Shown here: one piece after another, positions 15,093 through 22,552 of the stretch
Layout of the letters: each line of letters begins with the position of its first letter
Numbering within the stretch: position 1 is the first letter of the stretch
Origin: an uncultured Gammaproteobacteria bacterium
Lineage (GTDB): Bacteria; Patescibacteriota; Microgenomatia; CAYGWK01
Direction: 5' to 3'
Assembly: GCA_964353785.1 (NCBI GenBank)
Contig: CAYGWK010000006.1
Coordinates: forward strand, 1-41,646
DNA length: 41,646 bases
Notes under the pieces: model-generated
What the model saw: only the letters and a program-made list of their open reading frames with translations
Told to the model about the DNA's origin: nothing
Databases searched by the model: none
Made by a program: the position numbers and the translations under genes

Positions 15093-16276
15093 AAAAAATT
15101 ATCCTTTGGCTGTTTTATGCTTACCTTATTTTATTTCCTTTGGGTCAGTTATTAAGAATTCCTCCGCAATCCACCAAACTTTCGGAAGTTCATTTTTTCT
15201 TAACCGATGTAGCCGCTGCCTGCATGGTTGTCCTTTGGTTGGGGTGGAAGTGGTTTAAGAAAAGTAAATTTCTTGTTCCGCCATTGACCAAGCCGATTTT
15301 ACTGTTTGCTACCTGCTGTTTGTTGTCACTTCTGGTTAACACTTCCCTATTGTCCGGTAGGGAAGAGCTTATCGCTGGATTATATCTAGTGCGTTGGGTG
15401 GTTTATGCCGGATTGTATTTTGTTATTTATGACCTTATTCATAATCCAAAAATAAAAATTTCAAATTTCAAAATCCAAATTCCAAATTTGTTAATTGGGG
15501 TGGGGGTAGCGACTGCAACCTTAGGTTTACTTCAATATATTTTTATTCCTGACACCCGGTTTTTAGAAAAATATGGTTGGGATCCGCATCTTTACCGAGT
15601 TATTGGAACTTTTTTTGACCCTGGATTTTTAGGAGCAATTTTGGTTTTAACTTTAATCCTAATAGTAGCTCTGGATTGGGAGAAGAAAAATAGACTTTTA
15701 ATATTTGCCGGGATAATAGTTTATCTTGCCCTGGCTTTGACTTATTCACGGGCTTCATATCTGGCATATCTTACGGGAATGGGAACAATTGCCTGGTTTA
15801 AAAAATCGCCAAAGTTTTTTCTGACAGTTTTTCTGGTTGGAGCAGTAACAGTTTTCCTTCTTCCCCGGCCGGAAGGAGAAGGGGTGAGGCTTGAAAGAGA
15901 AAGCACAATAAAGTATAGGATTATAAACTGGAAGCAATCTTTAACTATTGCCCAGAAAAATCCTGTTTTTGGAGTTGGCTTTAACGCTTATCGCTATGCC
16001 CAAAGAAGATACGGCTTTTTAGATATCCCAGAATGGCAAGTGACTCACGCCGGGGCTGGGGCAGACTCAAGTTTACTATTTATTTTGGCAACAACAGGGA
16101 TTGTTGGCATATCTTTCTATCTTTGGCTTTGGTGGAAAATTTTTAAAACCCGAGGCTTAATAATTCTCGCCAGCGCCTTTGCCCTTCTGGTTCACTCAAC
16201 TTTTGTCAATTCCCTTCTCTATCCCTGGCTCATGGCTTGGATGTGGATTTTGCTGGGAGGAACGAAGAATGAATAA
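15089..16276 (+). CDS. O-antigen ligase / Wzy_C-like polytopic membrane protein
   Basis: 395 aa, about 10 TM. LALTYSRASYLAYL followed by a hydrophilic loop, typical of O-antigen-ligase-like proteins. ATGA-coupled to the GT-C gene. Confidence 0.7.
   Translation: MKKIILWLFYAYLILFPLGQLLRIPPQSTKLSEVHFFLTDVAAACMVVLWLGWKWFKKSKFLVPPLTKPILLFATCCLLSLLVNTSLLSGREELIAGLYLVRWVVYAGLYFVIYDLIHNPKIKISNFKIQIPNLLIGVGVATATLGLLQYIFIPDTRFLEKYGWDPHLYRVIGTFFDPGFLGAILVLTLILIVALDWEKKNRLLIFAGIIVYLALALTYSRASYLAYLTGMGTIAWFKKSPKFFLTVFLVGAVTVFLLPRPEGEGVRLERESTIKYRIINWKQSLTIAQKNPVFGVGFNAYRYAQRRYGFLDIPEWQVTHAGAGADSSLLFILATTGIVGISFYLWLWWKIFKTRGLIILASAFALLVHSTFVNSLLYPWLMAWMWILLGGTKNE
15457..15489 (+). repeat. imperfect tandem heptamer tract (AATTTCA AATTTCA AAATCCA AATTCCA AATTT)
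   Basis: Counted directly. In frame inside the O-antigen-ligase-like gene (peptide KISNFKIQIPN). Confidence 0.9.
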
Positions 16277-17291
16277 TGGTATTTCTTTTCTTCCAGGCTT
16301 CCCATGCTTTCCGACTTTCTCTTTCTAAAATTAATCGATCTCGATACTCCTGATGGACTCGCCAGAGATTGCTAACGGCTCCCTGGATAGTCTCAACCAT
16401 CCCTTGATAATCTCCTTGGTCATATTGTTTTCCTAGTTTTGTAGTAAGACGCCTAAATACAGGCGAATCTACCCTTTCCTTATAGGGCGAGACATTAATT
16501 TCCCGATTCATTTTGTCTACTAAGTTTAGTTCACCACGGGCTGTCCTCATTACCGCTTTTTGAGCCCATCTACTTTGCTGCTCTCCAGTCATATGTTTGA
16601 GGTGATAAGCAAAATTTTTAAGTTCCTCAAAGATTGACATTGCTGTTTCTTGACAAGAATTTCTTTTTTTAATAAGGCGCAGACGCCTGATTGCAGTCCC
16701 ATAACATTTATTTCCTATATCTTGAACCCTATCAAGAATGGGAAAAACAGCATCTTGAAGAAGAATAAGGCGCTGGGTTTCATCTTGGGCTAGAGCAGCT
16801 TTACCAATAAGTCTTTCTGCTTCCTGTTTATATGCGTTTCGATTTCTCCTAGTCCGCCGAAGGAGTTGGGGCAAGAAATCTATGAGATAAAAATCTCGAG
16901 CTTCTCGAGGAAGAGAGAAGTACTGGTCTGGAATCTCAAGAAGCGCGCCAGCTAACCAGCCAAGTTTTTCAGCCTCCCCGGGGATTTTTAAGACATTATT
17001 TCGTAATTCAGGGAAGGTAGCGACTTCCCTTTTAGTCAAACCTTTTACTCTAATTCTTAACCCAAAGTATCGTTGAATGACTCGTTCATGTTGATTGATA
17101 GATTTATGGATATCTGAAATAGTAGGTTTTTTATTTTCACCCCAAAAGGCATAAACCTTGCCGTTTTCCCCTATAAAAAGTTCTCTTGTAAGTCTCTCGG
17201 CAATTGGAACAGGCATCTGGTTGGCAAAAAAATCTGGATCTTTCTCAATCTTTCGTGGCGGCAGACCAGTTTCGTGTAATCGCTCAAGCAT
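16230..17291 (-). CDS. hypothetical protein, 353 aa, basic/helical, no TM, no recognised motif
   Basis: Long uninterrupted ORF. Its start codon directly abuts the stop of the upstream Ig-like gene (17291/17292). Its 3' end overlaps the convergent O-antigen-ligase-like gene by 47 nt. Confidence 0.65.
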   Translation of the reverse strand: MLERLHETGLPPRKIEKDPDFFANQMPVPIAERLTRELFIGENGKVYAFWGENKKPTISDIHKSINQHERVIQRYFGLRIRVKGLTKREVATFPELRNNVLKIPGEAEKLGWLAGALLEIPDQYFSLPREARDFYLIDFLPQLLRRTRRNRNAYKQEAERLIGKAALAQDETQRLILLQDAVFPILDRVQDIGNKCYGTAIRRLRLIKKRNSCQETAMSIFEELKNFAYHLKHMTGEQQSRWAQKAVMRTARGELNLVDKMNREINVSPYKERVDSPVFRRLTTKLGKQYDQGDYQGMVETIQGAVSNLWRVHQEYRDRLILERESRKAWEAWKKRNTIIHSSFLPAKSTSKP

Positions 17292-18017
17292 TTATGGGGT
17301 ATAAGTAACCCTTATTTCTTTTTCGGTTTTATTTCCGGCCAAATCAGTGGCAATAAATTTGAAGACATTTTCGCCTTCAGAAAGAGAATAGGTTAGAGAG
17401 AAATTGCCATCCTTATCAAGAACTTGAATATGGTCGTTAATGGTTAAGTTTACTCCAGGCTCGGTTTTGCCTGAAATCTGGATTTTTCTTTGTTTCTCAC
17501 CTAAAAAATTGGCGCCATCTTGGGGCTGGGATATTTCAAGCGTCGGAGGAGCTTTGTCAAAAAGAATAATGATTGTTTCTGATGGTTGACTTTGGTTGCC
17601 GGCTTTATCTTGGGTTATGGTATAAATTTCGTTTTGTCCCTCGGTTAAGTTTAGATTGTCAACCAAAAAGGTCCCGTCTTCTGAAGCAACCACTTTTTTG
17701 TAAGAGGAATTATTTAAAAAAACCTCCACGGTTGAGCCTGCTTCGGCAAAACCCGAAAGAGGAATTATCCCAATGTTAGTTGCCTCGGGTAAAGGATTAA
17801 TTTTTGGGGGGGCTGGAGGAAGAATATCAGATTGTTCAACCGGGACACTTGAACTTTTTATCTCCGAGAAAAAAACTGCAATTTTGACCAAGGTAGGAAT
17901 TCCTAAGAAAATAATTCCCAAAATAAAAAGAATGGTTAGTCCACCAAAAATGACTGTTCGTCTTAAATTCTTAGCTTCTTCTCTTTTCACAAGGCGTGAG
18001 TGAAAAATCTTGGTCAT
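17292..18017 (-). CDS. membrane-anchored protein with bacterial Ig-like (Big-type) extracellular domains
   Basis: Start set at MTKIFHS (comp 18015-18017) because the longer ORF-track model runs through tRNA-Thr. TM anchor VIFGGLTILFILGIIFLGI, then two beta-rich repeats (GSTVEVF...DKAGNQS; GVNLTIN...DLAGNKT). Confidence 0.6.
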   Translation of the reverse strand: MTKIFHSRLVKREEAKNLRRTVIFGGLTILFILGIIFLGIPTLVKIAVFFSEIKSSSVPVEQSDILPPAPPKINPLPEATNIGIIPLSGFAEAGSTVEVFLNNSSYKKVVASEDGTFLVDNLNLTEGQNEIYTITQDKAGNQSQPSETIIILFDKAPPTLEISQPQDGANFLGEKQRKIQISGKTEPGVNLTINDHIQVLDKDGNFSLTYSLSEGENVFKFIATDLAGNKTEKEIRVTYTP

Positions 18018-18022
18018 AAACT

Positions 18023-18098
18023 TGGAGCCGCCTCTGGGAATCGAACCCAGGACCTTGGCTTTACGAAAGCCTTGCTCTTCCAACTAAGCTAAGGCGGC
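18023..18098 (-). tRNA. tRNA-Thr (anticodon CGT), CCA encoded
   Basis: Hand fold on the minus strand. Acceptor GCCGCCT/AGGCGGC, D stem GCTT/GAGC, anticodon loop TTCGTAA, T arm CTGGG-TTCGATT-CCCAG, then T-CCA. Confidence 0.9.
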
Positions 18099-18113
18099 CT
18101 AATTTACCACTTG

Positions 18114-18185
18114 AGCGGGAAACGGGACTTGAACCCGCGACTTCTTCCTTGGGAAGGAAGCGTTCTACCACTGAACTATTCCCGC
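18114..18185 (-). tRNA. tRNA-Gly (anticodon CCC)
   Basis: Hand fold on the minus strand. Acceptor GCGGGAA/TTCCCGC, D stem GTTC/GAAC, anticodon stem CTTCC/GGAAG with loop TTCCCAA, T arm GCGGG-TTCAAGT-CCCGT. Confidence 0.9.
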
Positions 18186-18755
18186 TTATCTCGGTAAGGT
18201 TAAAATGTTTCCTGGGTGGATTATGTTAGGATTAATCAGACTATTTACTTTAGCAATCTCTGTCCATTTATATCCATCTCCGTAGGCGCGAACCGCAATT
18301 CCCCATAAATGGTCGCCGCGAACCACCGTGTAAGTTGAGCCGGTAATTGGTTCACCAAACTTGGTCGTGGCTACGACTGGCTTTCTAATTTCAGCCTTTG
18401 GGATACTTAGCTCTTGACCAACCAGAATTTTGTTTGGATTGGCAAGATTGTTTTCTTTGGCAATATCAACCCAATTATAGCCTGAACCAAAAAATTTTTG
18501 AGAAATTGCCCAAAGGTGGTCATTTTTTTCAACCTTATAGGTAGTTGGTAAGCCTTCAGGAAAAAACTTGCCCTTTTCTTCAATTATTTTTACCTCGCCT
18601 GGTTGAGCCGGTTTTTCCGGAACCGCCTTTTTACCAACGCCACGGAAATAGTTAAAAATTAAAACTCCAACCACCACAATCACCAAAGCACCCAAGACCA
18701 TGCTTATTGATTGTTCAGAAAACTTGAGTCTTTTTAAAAGTTCTTTTAAAGCCAT
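18186..18755 (-). CDS. LysM-domain peptidoglycan-binding protein (N-terminal TM anchor, two LysM repeats)
   Basis: Repeats YKVEKNDHLWAISQKFFG...ILVGQELSIP and YTVVRGDHLWGIAVRAYG...IHPGNILTLP. AAGGAGGTGA upstream of the ATG. Confidence 0.85.
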   Translation of the reverse strand: MALKELLKRLKFSEQSISMVLGALVIVVVGVLIFNYFRGVGKKAVPEKPAQPGEVKIIEEKGKFFPEGLPTTYKVEKNDHLWAISQKFFGSGYNWVDIAKENNLANPNKILVGQELSIPKAEIRKPVVATTKFGEPITGSTYTVVRGDHLWGIAVRAYGDGYKWTEIAKVNSLINPNIIHPGNILTLPR

Positions 18756-18805
18756 TTTTTGCCCTTGTTCACCTCCTTTAGGCAGGAGATTCGGGCAGGC
18801 TTAGG

Positions 18806-18878
18806 CGGACCCGACCGGATTCGAACCGGCAATCCTCGCCTCGACAGGGCGGCATGTTAACCATTACACCACGGGTCC
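18806..18878 (-). tRNA. tRNA-Asp (anticodon GTC)
   Basis: Hand fold on the minus strand. Acceptor GGACCCG/CGGGTCC, D stem GTGT/ACAT, anticodon loop CTGTCGA, T arm GCCGG-TTCGAAT-CCGGT, discriminator G. One C-A mismatch at the top of the anticodon stem. Confidence 0.85.
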
Positions 18879-18890
18879 ACCGAATAACTA

Positions 18891-18919
18891 ACTATAGCAT
18901 ATCATTGAGGAATCGTCAA
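18891..18919 (-). promoter_or_regulatory. promoter of the tRNA-Asp / lysM block (-35 TTGACG comp 18914-18919, 17-nt spacer, -10 TATAGT comp 18891-18896)
   Basis: Read on the minus strand. The tRNA 5' end is 12 nt downstream of the -10. Confidence 0.45.
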
Positions 18920-18933
18920 TGATTTGTTAATAT
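18905..18933 (+). promoter_or_regulatory. promoter of polX (-35 TTGAGG 18905-18910, 17-nt spacer, -10 TAATAT 18928-18933)
   Basis: Read directly. ATG 18945 is 11 nt downstream. The TTG at 18924 used by the ORF track lies inside the spacer. Confidence 0.45.
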
Positions 18934-18944
18934 GGAAAAAGAAA

Positions 18945-20738
18945 ATGGCTAAGGATTTTACTAATAAAGAAGTAGCCAAGATTTTACGCTCGGTGGCGGC
19001 TGCCTACGAGGTTAAAGAAGGGGATAGATTCAAGATAATGGCTTATGATCGAGCCTCCACCTCGGTTGAACATGCTACAAGCGAAGTTAAAGACCTTTGG
19101 GATGATGGAAAACTTGGTGAGCTAGCAGGGATAGGAGCCAGCATTGCTTCTCATCTCGACGAACTTTTTCGGACTGGAAAAGTCAAGCATTTTGAAGAGG
19201 TAATGAGAGGATTGCCCGAAGCGATGTTTGAGCTTTTGTCTATTCCGGGAATTGGCGCCAAAACTGCTTATAAACTTTGTCAGAAACTGGGAATTAAAGA
19301 CGTCAAAAAAGCAATCTCTCTTCTTGAGGGATATGCAAAGAAAGGAAAGATTAGGGTAATTGAGGGGTTTGGGGAAGAATCAGAAAAAGATATTCTTCGG
19401 GGAATCGAGGAGTTTCGGCGAAAAACCACCAGAATCCTTTTGCCTTACGCAAGCCAAATAGCCGAAGATATACTTTCTTGGCTTAGAAAGTCCCCGAGCG
19501 TCATTCGTGCCGATCCCCTAGGTTCGCTTCGGAGAATGGTTTCAACAGTTGGGGATGTTGATATTGCGGCGGCGACTAATAAACCAAAAGAGGTTATTGC
19601 TCATTTTGTTGCTTATCCAAAGAAAAAAAGAGTTCTTGAGGCTGGAACAGCTACCGCCTCTATAGTCCTCAAATCTGGCTATCAGGTGGACCTGATGGTT
19701 CAACCAGTTTCTTCTTACGGAGCCCTTCTACAGCACTTCACGGGCTCCAAACAGCACAATATTGCCCTTCGCGAACTGGCTCTTAAAAAAGGACTTTCTT
19801 TGTCTGAATATGGGATAAAGAAAGGCAAAACACTCAAAGAATACGCGTCTGAAGAAGACTTCTATAAAGCCTTGGGGATGGATTGGATTCCTTCAGAAAT
19901 AAGGGAGGATAGCGGAGAAATCGAAGCTGCCCTTCGCTCCGCTCAGGGTAAACCAGGTGGTTTACCGAAATTGGTAGAGTTAAAGGATATCAAAGGCGAT
20001 CTTCACATTCATTCTGATTTCCCGATTGAAACAAGTCACGACGAAGGGACGGGCTCAATAGAGGAAATTATGGAAAAAGGTCTTAAGCTTGGCTATGAGT
20101 ATGTAGGATTCACTGAGCATAACCCAAGTACGAGTAAACATAAACCAGAGCAAATAGTTAATATTTTGAAGCGCAAAAAAGAGAAGATTGAAGATATAAA
20201 TTACTCTTATGAAAAAAGAGGAAAGAATATGTTCATTAGAGGGCTAAACAGCCTTGAGATAGATATAAAACCTGATGGAACATTGGGAATTCCGGAAGAA
20301 GGTTTAAAAGTTCTAGATTACGCCATTGTTTCAATTCATACTAGTTTTAGGATGGGAAAAGTTGACATGACTAAGCGAGTCTTGACTGCTTTGGAACATC
20401 CAAAAGTGAAAATCTTGGGACACCCAACAGGGAGAAAATTGAATCAGAGGGAGGGGTATGAGCTTGATTGGGAAAAAATTTTTGATTTTTGTCTCCGGAA
20501 GAAAAAGTGGCTTGAGGTCAACGCCTGGCCCGATAGACTTGATCTTCCAGACATCCTGGTCAGAGAGGCGGTAGAAAAGGGAGTAAAAATGGTTGTTTGT
20601 ACTGATTCTCACGCCTTGGACCAGATGGATTTGATGCGCTATGGAGTGGCGGTAGCCAGAAGGGGATGGGCGGAGAAGAGTGATATTGTCAACACATTAG
20701 GCTATAATGAATTCCTGGAAACACTGGAAAGGGGGTGA
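18945..20738 (+). CDS. polX: family X DNA polymerase with C-terminal PHP domain (PolX)
   Basis: Pol-beta-like N-terminus (NKEVAKILRSVAAAYEVKEGDRFKIMAYDRA, HhH GIGAKTA, GDVDIAA). PHP motifs DLHIHSDF, FTEHNP, SIHTSF, TDSH. Confidence 0.85.
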   Translation: MAKDFTNKEVAKILRSVAAAYEVKEGDRFKIMAYDRASTSVEHATSEVKDLWDDGKLGELAGIGASIASHLDELFRTGKVKHFEEVMRGLPEAMFELLSIPGIGAKTAYKLCQKLGIKDVKKAISLLEGYAKKGKIRVIEGFGEESEKDILRGIEEFRRKTTRILLPYASQIAEDILSWLRKSPSVIRADPLGSLRRMVSTVGDVDIAAATNKPKEVIAHFVAYPKKKRVLEAGTATASIVLKSGYQVDLMVQPVSSYGALLQHFTGSKQHNIALRELALKKGLSLSEYGIKKGKTLKEYASEEDFYKALGMDWIPSEIREDSGEIEAALRSAQGKPGGLPKLVELKDIKGDLHIHSDFPIETSHDEGTGSIEEIMEKGLKLGYEYVGFTEHNPSTSKHKPEQIVNILKRKKEKIEDINYSYEKRGKNMFIRGLNSLEIDIKPDGTLGIPEEGLKVLDYAIVSIHTSFRMGKVDMTKRVLTALEHPKVKILGHPTGRKLNQREGYELDWEKIFDFCLRKKKWLEVNAWPDRLDLPDILVREAVEKGVKMVVCTDSHALDQMDLMRYGVAVARRGWAEKSDIVNTLGYNEFLETLERG

Positions 20739-20744
20739 AAAAAT

Positions 20745-21326
20745 ATGTTTTGGATTCTAATAATCATTTTGGTTGGATTGACAGTTTATATTTGGTCTTT
20801 ATATAACCAATTTGTTACCATAAAAACCCGAATTCGGGCTTCGATTCAAGAGATTGGCAATCAATTAAAAAGACAGGCAGACTTAATTCCCAATCTTGTT
20901 TCTTCGGTTAAAGGCTATATGAAGCACGAAAAAGCAATTTTTGATGAGCTGACTGAAGCCAGAAAAGCGGTTATGAAGGTAATTGAGACAGAAGACGCTC
21001 AAAAACTGATAAATGCAGGTAGCCGGCTTCAATCTGCTTTGGCGCCGATTCGGGCAGTCTTTGAATCAACGCCTCAACTTCAGGCGGCTGGGCCGACCGC
21101 AAAACTTATGGATGAGCTTCGGGATACGGCTGATAAGGTAATGTATTCGCGGAGAACCCTAATCGATCTTTCGGCTGACTATAATATCAAGGTGGTCACT
21201 TTTCCTTCAAATTTAGTGGCCCGGCTTTTTGGCTTTAAACTTGAAGTGGGACTTAAAATGCCTGAAGGAGGAGAAGAATTAGAAGTAAAAGAGGAGGAAA
21301 CAAAGACACCGAAAGTGGAGCTTTAG
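20745..21326 (+). CDS. lemA: LemA family protein
   Basis: N-terminal TM, then YNQFVTIKTRIRASIQEIGNQLKRQADLIPNLV and FPSNLVARLFGF, typical of LemA. Confidence 0.85.
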   Translation: MFWILIIILVGLTVYIWSLYNQFVTIKTRIRASIQEIGNQLKRQADLIPNLVSSVKGYMKHEKAIFDELTEARKAVMKVIETEDAQKLINAGSRLQSALAPIRAVFESTPQLQAAGPTAKLMDELRDTADKVMYSRRTLIDLSADYNIKVVTFPSNLVARLFGFKLEVGLKMPEGGEELEVKEEETKTPKVEL

Positions 21327-21332
21327 AGAAGA

Positions 21333-22235
21333 ATGATCAATGTTTATGAGCAAGTAGATCGCAATAAAAGGCGAAGCACCATTATTATGGTGTTATTTGT
21401 AGTCTTTATTGCTGCCTTTGCCTGGGTTTTATCTCGCATCTTAGGCTATGGGCCTGGGATGGTTGGCATAGCTTTTATTTTTGCCGGAATTTTTTCTTTT
21501 TCAAGTTATTGGTGGGGAGACAGAATAATTCTGGCTATTTCTGGAGCAAGAGAAGCCGATAAAAAGAGAGATTTTAACTTTTTCACTGTGGCGGAAAATC
21601 TCTCGATGGCCGCCCAAATTCCCATGCCGAAATTATATGTGATTGATGACTCGGCTCCGAATGCTTTTGCTACCGGCCGGGATCCAGAGCACGCCGTCGT
21701 TTGCGCCACCACCGGGCTCTTGGCAAAACTTGATCGGACTGAGCTTGAAGGGGTAGTCGCCCATGAACTTTCTCATGTTCAGAATTATGACACAAGGCTT
21801 ATGAGTGTGGTCACTATTTTGGTGGGGATGGTTACTCTTTTAGCCGATTGGTTTTTGAGAGGGATGAGATTTGGAGGTCGAGATAGAGACGAAAAAGAAG
21901 GAAATATTGGGGTAATTTTATTTTTGGTGGGAATAATTTTGGCCTTACTTTCACCCTTAATCGCCCAACTGATTCAATTGGCAATTTCCCGAAGACGAGA
22001 ATTTTTATCTGATGCTTCGGCGGTTATGCTAACCCGTTATCCTGAAGGTCTAGCTAGGGCTTTAGAGAAAATTTCCAAAGATAGAGAAGTTCTTGAGGTC
22101 GCTAATAAAGCCACGGCCCATCTTTATATTATTAATCCTTTTAAAGGCCAAAAATTTACAGGTATGTTTTCAAATTTATTTAATACCCATCCCCCGGTGG
22201 AGGAGAGAATAAAAGCGTTAAGAGAAATGGTATGA
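21333..22235 (+). CDS. htpX: M48-family zinc protease HtpX
   Basis: HELSHVQNYD (HExxH), NAFATG, EFLSDASA, four TM segments. Next to lemA, a common pairing. Confidence 0.9.
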   Translation: MINVYEQVDRNKRRSTIIMVLFVVFIAAFAWVLSRILGYGPGMVGIAFIFAGIFSFSSYWWGDRIILAISGAREADKKRDFNFFTVAENLSMAAQIPMPKLYVIDDSAPNAFATGRDPEHAVVCATTGLLAKLDRTELEGVVAHELSHVQNYDTRLMSVVTILVGMVTLLADWFLRGMRFGGRDRDEKEGNIGVILFLVGIILALLSPLIAQLIQLAISRRREFLSDASAVMLTRYPEGLARALEKISKDREVLEVANKATAHLYIINPFKGQKFTGMFSNLFNTHPPVEERIKALREMV

Positions 22236-22552
22236 TAAAAAATTCCAAATTCCAAATTCCAAATTCCAAATTAACTGAAGAAGAAGTGAAGCATGTGGCG
22301 AAGCTGGCGAAACTGGAGTTGACTCCTCAAGAAGTTAAAAAATTCCAAAAACAACTTTCTGAAGTCTTAAATTATGTGGAAATTCTCAAGAAGGTTAAAA
22401 CAGAGAGGGTGGAACCTACCTCGCAAGTTACTGGTCTTGAAAATATTTTTAGAGAAGATAAAGTCAGCCCCTCACTTTCTCAAAAAGAAGTTTTATCTGG
22501 GGCTGAGAATAAGAAAGACAATATGTTTAAAACCAAAGCAGTCCTTGAATAA
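22232..22552 (+). CDS. gatC: aspartyl/glutamyl-tRNA amidotransferase subunit C
   Basis: TEEEVKHVAKLAKLELTPQE...LNYVEIL matches the GatC core. The 13-aa N-terminal extension is encoded by the heptamer tract. ATGA overlap with htpX. Confidence 0.85.
   Translation: MIKNSKFQIPNSKLTEEEVKHVAKLAKLELTPQEVKKFQKQLSEVLNYVEILKKVKTERVEPTSQVTGLENIFREDKVSPSLSQKEVLSGAENKKDNMFKTKAVLE
22241..22272 (+). repeat. tandem heptamer tract (AATTCCA) x4.6
   Basis: Counted directly. Begins at codon 4 of gatC (peptide NSKFQIPNSKL). Confidence 0.95.

Noticed and set aside
18018-18083. N-terminal 22 aa (MEEQGFRKAKVLGSIPRGGSKF) of the ORF-track model 17292..18083
   Set aside because: This stretch is the translation of the tRNA-Thr gene on the same strand (T-arm and anticodon arm). 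The CDS is started at the internal ATG (comp 18015-18017) instead.
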